DNA of 34,082 nt from the sequence record SRR31156797_21439; one strand, given 5' to 3'. The notes under the pieces were generated by a model. The model was given only the letters and a program-made list of their open reading frames with translations. It was not told the origin of the DNA and made no database searches. Positions 27,641 through 34,082 of this stretch are shown piece after piece. The translations under genes and the position numbers were made by a program. The first letter of the stretch is position 1; each line of letters opens with the position of its first letter.

Positions 27641-29125
27641 TTAGTCACCTACTGCAATGCGCTTCATGTCTTTCATGTAGCCGCGTAGCTCTTCACCGAT
27701 GTATTCCACTGGGTGGTTGCGGATAATACTGTTCACTTCGATAAGTGTCGCGTTATCAACCTGGTTAGACGTTTCGCCTAGACCTTTACCAATCACGTCA
27801 GTACCTACGTTTGGCATGAACTTCTCACGTAGCAATGGCGTTGCAACGTTAGCGAATAGGTAGTTACCGTATTCCGCAGTATCAGAGATAACTACGTTCA
27901 TTTCGTATAGACGCTTACGAGCAACAGTGTTAGCGATTAGTGGTAGCTCATGTAGAGACTCGTAGTAAGCCGACTCATCGATGATGCCTGAAGCTGTCAT
28001 TGCTTCGAATGCCAATTCAACCCCAGCACGAACCATTGCAATCATTAGAATGCCGTTGTCGAAGTACTCTTGCTCGCTGATCTTAGCGTCTGACTCTGGG
28101 TAGTTTTCGAATGCCGTTTCTGCAGTCTCTTCACGCCAGCCTAGAAGGTTCGCATCGTCGTTAGCCCAGTCAGCCATCATAGTGCTAGAGAAGTGACCAG
28201 TAATGATGTCATCCATGTGCTTGTTGTACAGTGGACGCATTAGATCCTTTAGCTCTTCAGAAAGTTCAAATGCTTTCACTTTCGCTGGGTTAGATAGGCG
28301 ATCCATCATGTGAGTGATACCACCGAACTTCAATGCTTCAGTGATGGTTTCCCAACCGAATTGAAGTAGACGACCTGCGTAACCTGCATCAATACCATCA
28401 GCAACCATCTTCTCGTAACAAACGATTGAACCCGCTTGCAACATACCACATAGGATTGTTTGCTCACCCATTAGGTCAGATTTAACTTCAGCAACAAATG
28501 AAGATTCTAGACAGCCAGCACGGTGACCACCCGTTGCCGCAGCCCAAGCTTTAGCGATATCCCAACCTTCACCTTTCGGATCGTTCTCTGGGTGAACCGC
28601 GATCAGTGTAGGAACACCGAAACCACGTTTGTATTCTTCACGTACTTCTGTACCTGGACATTTAGGCGCAACCATAACTACTGTTAAGTCTTTACGGATT
28701 TGCATACCTTCCTCAACGATGTTGAAGCCGTGTGAGTAACCTAGTGCCGCGCCTTCTTTCATTAGAGGCATTACCGTTTCAACCACGTTAGTGTGCTGTT
28801 TGTCTGGCGTTAGGTTTACTACTAGGTCAGCTTGTGGAATTAGGTCTTCGTAGCTGCCTACGTTGAAGCCGTTGTCTTTTGCGTTTTTGTATGACTGACG
28901 TTGTTCGTCGATTGCAGCTTGGCGAAGTGCGTAAGATACGTCCAAACCAGAATCGCGCATGTTCAAACCTTGGTTAAGGCCTTGAGCACCACAGCCGACG
29001 ATAACTACTTTTTTACCTTTCAGGTAATCAGCTTCTGTCGCGAATTCTTCACGGTCCATGAAACGACAGCGACCAAGTTGGTCTAATTGCTGGCGTAGGT
29101 TTAGCGTATTAAAATAGTTAGCCAT
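27641..29125 (-). CDS. ilvC: Ketol-acid reductoisomerase (class II, long form)
   Basis: [23 protein letters not shown] start (reassigned to ATG 29125, AGGAG SD), GCGAQG nucleotide-binding motif, [12 protein letters not shown]; 494 aa. Confidence 0.97.
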   Translation of the reverse strand: MANYFNTLNLRQQLDQLGRCRFMDREEFATEADYLKGKKVVIVGCGAQGLNQGLNMRDSGLDVSYALRQAAIDEQRQSYKNAKDNGFNVGSYEDLIPQADLVVNLTPDKQHTNVVETVMPLMKEGAALGYSHGFNIVEEGMQIRKDLTVVMVAPKCPGTEVREEYKRGFGVPTLIAVHPENDPKGEGWDIAKAWAAATGGHRAGCLESSFVAEVKSDLMGEQTILCGMLQAGSIVCYEKMVADGIDAGYAGRLLQFGWETITEALKFGGITHMMDRLSNPAKVKAFELSEELKDLMRPLYNKHMDDIITGHFSSTMMADWANDDANLLGWREETAETAFENYPESDAKISEQEYFDNGILMIAMVRAGVELAFEAMTASGIIDESAYYESLHELPLIANTVARKRLYEMNVVISDTAEYGNYLFANVATPLLREKFMPNVGTDVIGKGLGETSNQVDNATLIEVNSIIRNHPVEYIGEELRGYMKDMKRIAVGD

Positions 29126-29202
29126 TAGGGTGCTCCTGTAATTATCTTTCCGTAGGGTCGGTGGCTCTGCACCGAATGAGTTCATACTAAAACAGACATT
29201 TA

Positions 29203-29252
29203 ATTGCTCAAAGTGATATATTCACAACTAGTAATTGCAAAAAATGCAACAT
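29203..29252. promoter_or_regulatory. IlvY operator region in the divergent ilvC/ilvY promoter
   Basis: TTGCA-N5-TGCAA dyad (29235-29249); minus-strand GTTGTGAATATATCA...GCAAT closely resembles the recalled E. coli ilvY-ilvC control region. Confidence 0.75.
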
Positions 29253-29261
29253 GGTATTTTC

Positions 29262-30158
29262 ATGAATATAAAAACCATCCGACTGTTCCTAGATATCTGT
29301 GACAGCAAAAATTTTAGTAAGACAGCGGCAACAATGCACGTCAGTCCATCCGCTTTAAGTCGTCAGATTCAAAAGTTGGAAGATGAGATCGGCCATCCAC
29401 TGTTTGTCAGGGATAACCGGAGTGTCGAACTCACACCCGCTGGTGAAAAATTCCAGCCTGTGGCCATAAAAATGGTTCATGACTGGACGCAATTCCAATC
29501 GCAAATCAATGTTCAGGATGATGTCCTTAAAGGAGAAGTTCGCCTGTTCTGTTCCGTCACCGCAAGCTATAGCCACTTACCGCAACTGCTCAACTCATTC
29601 CGATTAAAGCACCCATACATTGAGTTTAAACTTCTGACCGGAGATCCGGCTCAAGCGATTGATAAGATCATGAATGATGAGGCTGATATTGCTATCTCAG
29701 CCATGCCAGAGCACCTCTCATCTAAAGTCGAGTTCACCACCATCAGCGAGATACCACTTTCTGTCATTGCACCGATTGGGATTAGCTCATGGGTAGACGA
29801 GCTACATAAAGAAAAGCCAGACTGGAGTATAATTCCTTTTATTGTGCCCGAGGCTGGGACCGCTCGAGATAGGGCAAATACCTGGTTTAAAAAAATGAAA
29901 ATTAAACCGAACATTTACGCTCAAATTTCGGGACATGAAGCGATTGTAAGTATGGTTGCTCTGGGCTGTGGCGTCGGTATCGCACCCGACGTGGTGATTA
30001 ATAATAGTCCTGTGCGCGATAGTATTCAGCGCCTCTCTTTCGCACCGATTAAACCTTTTCAACTAGGCGTATGTTGTAAAAGATCGCAGCTAGACAATGC
30101 CTTAGTTAAAGCCCTGTGGGAACTTGCTGAAGCCAGCTTTATTACTCAAGAGAAGTGA
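29262..30158 (+). CDS. ilvY: LysR-family activator IlvY
   Basis: LysR HTH (MHVSPSALSRQIQKLE), LFCSVTASYSHLP, GHEAIVSMVALGCG; divergent from ilvC. Start reassigned to ATG 29262. Confidence 0.95.
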   Translation: MNIKTIRLFLDICDSKNFSKTAATMHVSPSALSRQIQKLEDEIGHPLFVRDNRSVELTPAGEKFQPVAIKMVHDWTQFQSQINVQDDVLKGEVRLFCSVTASYSHLPQLLNSFRLKHPYIEFKLLTGDPAQAIDKIMNDEADIAISAMPEHLSSKVEFTTISEIPLSVIAPIGISSWVDELHKEKPDWSIIPFIVPEAGTARDRANTWFKKMKIKPNIYAQISGHEAIVSMVALGCGVGIAPDVVINNSPVRDSIQRLSFAPIKPFQLGVCCKRSQLDNALVKALWELAEASFITQEK

Positions 30159-30231
30159 AAATTACTCACCTAAATACCTTCATTCGGTTTCATTAACTAT
30201 CTTTAATCTTTCCAAAATGTCTACTCAATAC

Positions 30232-30335
30232 AACACCATGTAGTATTCATGGTGTTTATCTTTACTCCCGTAAAGGATTGGCGATTATTCCCCCTAATCG
30301 CACTGGCTCGCATTAGTCACGCGAGCCTATTTTTT
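30232..30335 (+). ncRNA. Candidate small RNA with consecutive hairpins, C-rich loops and an intrinsic terminator
   Basis: Stems AACACCATG/CATGGTGTT, CTTTAC-TCCC-GTAAAG, GCGATTA-TTCCCCC-TAATCGC, and GGCTCGC/GCGAGCC followed by TATTTTTT. No family recognised. Confidence 0.45.
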
Positions 30336-30390
30336 CAACTTCCCTCCCCTCTCTTTCATCGATAAAGTACTAAAAAATAGAGGAAAGCTC

Positions 30391-31065
30391 ATGAAAATAC
30401 TCATCATTGAAGATGATACAACGACCAGAGAGTTCGTCAGTAAAGGGCTCACTGAGCATGGCTATATCGTTGATCAGGCTGAAGACGGTAAAAAAGGGTT
30501 AATGATGGCTCTGAGTTCAGAATATCAACTCATCATCTTAGACAGAATGCTACCCTACTTAGATGGAATGAAAGTACTCGCAGCAATAAAGGCTGCAGAA
30601 TCTCAACTTCCTGTACTGATATTAAGCGCTATGGACAGTGTTAACGACCGAGTGGACGGTCTGCAAGCCGGAAGTGATGATTACCTCATTAAACCCTTTG
30701 CGCTGGCTGAACTGATTGCCCGAGTGGATATCATCATTAACCGCAATCAACGTCCAACCACCAATCAGCACATTCTAAAATATCACTGTTTAGAGGTGGA
30801 TCTCAAAGCACACAAAGTCATGTGTAATCAACGAGAACTCCTGCTGCAGCCCAAAGAGTTTCATCTTATTCAATATTTCATCGAGCACAGTGAACAAGTC
30901 GTGTCACGAATGCGGTTGTTCGAAAATATTTGGAGCTATCACTTTGACCCAAGAACCAATGTCATTGATGTCCACGTGGCTAACTTGCGCCGAAAACTCG
31001 AAGATGCGGGATGTAAAGGATTACTGCATACCGTGAGGGGGGTGGGATATGTCCTTCGTCGATGA
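30391..31065 (+). CDS. OmpR/PhoB-family response regulator (CusR/CopR-like)
   Basis: IIEDD, ILDRMLP (phospho-Asp), DDYLIKPF, winged-HTH FDPRTNVIDVHVANLRRK...TVRGVGY. Confidence 0.92.
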   Translation: MKILIIEDDTTTREFVSKGLTEHGYIVDQAEDGKKGLMMALSSEYQLIILDRMLPYLDGMKVLAAIKAAESQLPVLILSAMDSVNDRVDGLQAGSDDYLIKPFALAELIARVDIIINRNQRPTTNQHILKYHCLEVDLKAHKVMCNQRELLLQPKEFHLIQYFIEHSEQVVSRMRLFENIWSYHFDPRTNVIDVHVANLRRKLEDAGCKGLLHTVRGVGYVLRR

Positions 31066-32335
31066 CTATGCGCTAACTCGCTCTTCTGTGTTTAAGACCT
31101 TAGTAACGCTTTTCTTGCTGGTCACCGTTACTAACATAATTGTCATCCACCAGGTATTTAGAGATTCAGATAACTTCCATCGCCAGCAGCTCACCAGACA
31201 ACTAAATGAAGAAATACTCGAGTTCAATTTCGCGGCGAAACAAAGCACAGAGGAAGTTGAACGTCTATTAAGAACCAAGCAAGCAGCTGCGACTCCTTTT
31301 TATTACCGGTTAATTCAGACTGAAGAGAATCCGCCCCCTCACCCCGCCTATCCTATCGACTTACAACAAAATCGCCACAACATAGCTCTGAGTCAGAATC
31401 TAAAGTTAGAAATTGGCGTAGATAAAAGCGCAGTAGAAGAGTATCGAAAATCCCTCACTCCAATTGTGTTCTCTGGCATCATCTTCCCAACCGCCATCAT
31501 GGTGATATCTGCCCTCTTTTTTACTGTCCTGATCCTAAAACGACTAGAAAAGGTTAACCAAGCGATGAACCGCGTTCTCTGCGGAGAGCCGAATGTGAAG
31601 ATCGCAGTCTCACGTCAAGATGATGAGTTCGACATACTGGCGATCCACCTTAACTTCATGATCGAACAGATGGCAAAAAATGAGTCGAGTCTGAAATCGC
31701 TCACCACTGGGCTTGCTCATGATATGAGAACGCCAATGGCCAGGCTGAAGTTAAGATTAGAAGACATCTTGGAGCAGAGTGATTTATCTTCCCAACAGCA
31801 CACTAGCTTTTCAGCTTGCTACGATGAGCTAGAACTTATCCTTTCTCTGTTCAACAGCATGCTAGAGATCGCCAAACTCAACAGCGGACAAGTAAACATC
31901 AGTACGGAAAGCGTCGACTTAGGCCACGTGGCTCGGGATGCATTGGAGTTTATATCTCCTGTCGCTGATGAAAAACGTCAAATCTTAATCTTTAGGCAAG
32001 ATACGCCGTGTACCGTTACCGGTGATCGCTCCCTGCTATTTAGAGCCGTGTTCAATCTGCTAGAGAATGCTGTTAAGTACACTCCAGACGGTGGAAAAAT
32101 AGAAGTGATTGCCGATTGCTTTGGTATTGTGGTCGCTGATACTGGGATCGGAATTTCTGATTACGACAAAATGTATGTATGTCGTCCAATGTACCGCGCA
32201 GACCAAAGTCGTTCTGAAGCCGGAAATGGTCTAGGACTGTCATTAGTTGACGCGGTAGTTAAACTACACAATGCACACCTGTTTCTACGAGACAATACCC
32301 CCGGTCTACGAGCTCGCATCTACTTCAGCAATTAA
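31049..32335 (+). CDS. Sensor histidine kinase (2 TM, HAMP, HisKA, HATPase)
   Basis: H-box LAHDMRTP, N-box NLLENAVKY, G1 DTGIGI, G2 GNGLGLSLV; 17-nt overlap with the regulator. Confidence 0.92.
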   Translation: MSFVDDYALTRSSVFKTLVTLFLLVTVTNIIVIHQVFRDSDNFHRQQLTRQLNEEILEFNFAAKQSTEEVERLLRTKQAAATPFYYRLIQTEENPPPHPAYPIDLQQNRHNIALSQNLKLEIGVDKSAVEEYRKSLTPIVFSGIIFPTAIMVISALFFTVLILKRLEKVNQAMNRVLCGEPNVKIAVSRQDDEFDILAIHLNFMIEQMAKNESSLKSLTTGLAHDMRTPMARLKLRLEDILEQSDLSSQQHTSFSACYDELELILSLFNSMLEIAKLNSGQVNISTESVDLGHVARDALEFISPVADEKRQILIFRQDTPCTVTGDRSLLFRAVFNLLENAVKYTPDGGKIEVIADCFGIVVADTGIGISDYDKMYVCRPMYRADQSRSEAGNGLGLSLVDAVVKLHNAHLFLRDNTPGLRARIYFSN

Positions 32336-32362
32336 TCGTTCATGGTGGCTTAGCGCCGCCAA

Positions 32363-32390
32363 TAAAAAAGGCTAAGCATACGCTTAGCCT
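32363..32390 (-). terminator. Intrinsic terminator of the PTS gene
   Basis: AGGCTAAGC-ATAC-GCTTAGCCT stem with an A tract on its left (T tract on the minus strand). Confidence 0.8.
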
Positions 32391-32419
32391 CAAAACTGCT
32401 TTTACAATTGTTATTCAGA

Positions 32420-33901
32420 TTAAAAACTTGGAACCACGACTTCTGATAAATCTTGTGTTTTCGGAATCTGCTTCATTGCATGAGCAACTTCTTCCGCTTC
32501 GGTACCAATAATCACTTGAAGGTTATTCGCACCCATCTTCACCACACCCATTGCACCAATCGCTTTCAGCGTTTTCTCATCCACAATCGAAACATCGACC
32601 AATGTTAGACGTAAGCGAGTAATGCATGAATCAATCGAAGCAAGGTTGCTATGGCCACCTAAAGCTTTTAAGTATTGAGCTGCTTTCTCATTAGTTGATG
32701 TTTCACTTATTTTAGCGGCTTCAACTTCTTCACGACCTGGCGTTTTCAAATCAAACTTAACAATAGCGAATCGGAATACCGCATAGTAAATAAATGCAAA
32801 GCAAATGCCTTGAACAATAAGCATATAAGGCTTAATCGCTAATGGCAGGTTATAAGAGAGAATGAAGTCAATCAAGCCACCACTAAAGGTGAAACCAGCG
32901 AACCACTGCATGCTTGCTGCAATGTATAGAGAAAGTGCAGCCAATAGAGCGTGAACAACATACAGCGCAGGAGCAACAAACATGAACGCAAATTCAATAG
33001 GCTCTGTTACACCAGTCAAAATTGCGGTTAGTGCTGATGCACCAAGAATACCGCCGACTCTTTTCTTGTTTTCTGGTTTTGCACAGTGATACATCGCTAA
33101 ACATGCAGCAGGTAGACCATAACCCATAAACGGGAAGAAACCACCTTGGTACATCCCCGTCACACCTAGCTCACCAGTACCAGACCAGAATTTAGAGATA
33201 TCGTTGATACCAACAAGGTCAAAGATGAACACTTGGTTTAGCGCATGGTGCAGACCAATTGGAATCAACAGTCGGTTGAAGAAACCGTAGATACCAGCAC
33301 CCGCCGCGCCCATTTCAGAAATTGAAATACCAAAGTTGACCAGTGAGCCATAAACGGCAGGCCATACATAAACCATCACAATACTGATAAAGATTGAAGC
33401 AAGTGAAGTTACGATAGGAACAAAACGTTTACCGCCAAAGAAGCCTAATGCAGCCGGCAATTTGATAGTGTGGAAACGGTTATAAAGAGTGGCAGCCACT
33501 ATCCCCATTACAATCCCTGTAAATGCGCTGACAGCAGCTCCGGATGCAACCACTTCCGAAGTACTCATCTCTGCCACAGGAACTCCCGTGATCTGTGAAA
33601 TAACGGCCGTATTGCCGACAATCATTTCAACAATTAACAGACCAAGTAACCCAGATAAAGCAGCAGCACCGTTGTTATCTTTTGCTAACCCATAAGCGAC
33701 ACCAGCAGCGAATAACCACGCTTGGTTATCCATAATGCCCTTACCACCATACACAAGTATTGTCGCTATCGGGCTATTTGCACCCCAACCCGACGGGTCT
33801 ATGGCATAACCAAGACCAAGCATTAAACCACCGGCTGGTAGTACGGCAATTGGCACCATCAGTGCTTTACCAATTTTTTGTAAGTACCCTAATATATTCA
33901 C
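32420..33901 (-). CDS. PTS glucose-family EIICB, NagE-like (N-acetylglucosamine-type)
   Basis: LQKIGKALMVPIAVLP, NRLLIPIGLHH, GVTEPIEF, linker LKTPGRE, EIIB DSCITRLRL with phospho-Cys; no EIIA; GTG start with AAGGGGA SD. Confidence 0.88.
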   Translation of the reverse strand: MNILGYLQKIGKALMVPIAVLPAGGLMLGLGYAIDPSGWGANSPIATILVYGGKGIMDNQAWLFAAGVAYGLAKDNNGAAALSGLLGLLIVEMIVGNTAVISQITGVPVAEMSTSEVVASGAAVSAFTGIVMGIVAATLYNRFHTIKLPAALGFFGGKRFVPIVTSLASIFISIVMVYVWPAVYGSLVNFGISISEMGAAGAGIYGFFNRLLIPIGLHHALNQVFIFDLVGINDISKFWSGTGELGVTGMYQGGFFPFMGYGLPAACLAMYHCAKPENKKRVGGILGASALTAILTGVTEPIEFAFMFVAPALYVVHALLAALSLYIAASMQWFAGFTFSGGLIDFILSYNLPLAIKPYMLIVQGICFAFIYYAVFRFAIVKFDLKTPGREEVEAAKISETSTNEKAAQYLKALGGHSNLASIDSCITRLRLTLVDVSIVDEKTLKAIGAMGVVKMGANNLQVIIGTEAEEVAHAMKQIPKTQDLSEVVVPSF

Positions 33902-34022
33902 GTTACATCCCCTTGTTTGTAATTCTGGCGCAAGGATACGTGATCGATAATTAAGGCTTGGTTGTGCGAAGATTAAGTTTTATTAATGTTTGGATAAGAG
34001 AGAGTTAGAAATAGCAGATAGC

Positions 34023-34050
34023 AAAAAGCCCGCTATTTCTAGCGGGCTTT
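34023..34050 (-). terminator. Terminator downstream of tRNA-Ser
   Basis: AAAAAGCCCGCTA-TTTC-TAGCGGGCTTT inverted repeat. Confidence 0.85.
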
Positions 34051-34056
34051 GCAATG

Positions 34057-34082
34057 TGGCGGAGAGATAGGGATTTGAACCC
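34057..34082 (-). tRNA. tRNA 3' end, probably tRNA-Ser; truncated by the window edge
   Basis: Reverse complement GGGTTCAAATCCCTATCTCTCCGCCA: T-loop, acceptor strand, discriminator G and CCA. Anticodon not in the window. Confidence 0.8.

Noticed and set aside
1084-33954. Short alternative-frame or antisense ORFs in the track (e.g. 9109-9549, 10373-10762, 16252-16443, 23497-23856, 24986-25459)
   Set aside because: They overlap well-supported genes and show no recognisable motifs; typical shadow ORFs.
33902-34020. NagC or CRP sites upstream of the PTS gene
   Set aside because: Only half-site resemblance (CGTGA, GCGAA); no convincing dyad.
30159-34082. Two-component system plus PTS gene as a tRNA-Ser-integrated island
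   Set aside because: The tRNA is followed directly by its terminator; no att-like duplication or integrase was seen.

Overview
Vibrio chromosomal region, judged by gene content and protein similarity. It is bounded by a partial tRNA-Arg(CCG) at the left edge and a partial tRNA-Ser at the right edge. The core genes are cytochrome c5, rep, an RND efflux pair (VexAB-like), ubiK, ilvC/ilvY, an OmpR-family two-component pair and a stand-alone NagE-like PTS EIICB. Between cytochrome c5 and rep lies a ~20-kb accessory block with no visible mobility genes. Leftward it carries a complete Tad/Flp pilus operon that runs with only a 22-nt gap into a HutZ-like heme-degrading enzyme, followed by YbaN (DUF454) and a CydDC-like heterodimeric ABC transporter. 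Rightward it carries a 1165-aa lipoprotein (EF-hand-like loops, Fn3, DUF1566) and a small secreted DUF1566 protein. Fur-box-like sites sit in the shared divergent promoter region. The best candidate for an undescribed system is therefore an iron-regulated, Tad-pilus-coupled heme acquisition module, with no TonB-dependent receptor encoded in the locus (inference). Secondary candidates are a terminator plus 15-codon leader ORF upstream of the RND pump, where no TetR regulator gene is present, and a multi-hairpin small RNA with C-rich loops upstream of the two-component system. All family calls come from recalled motifs; no searches were run.
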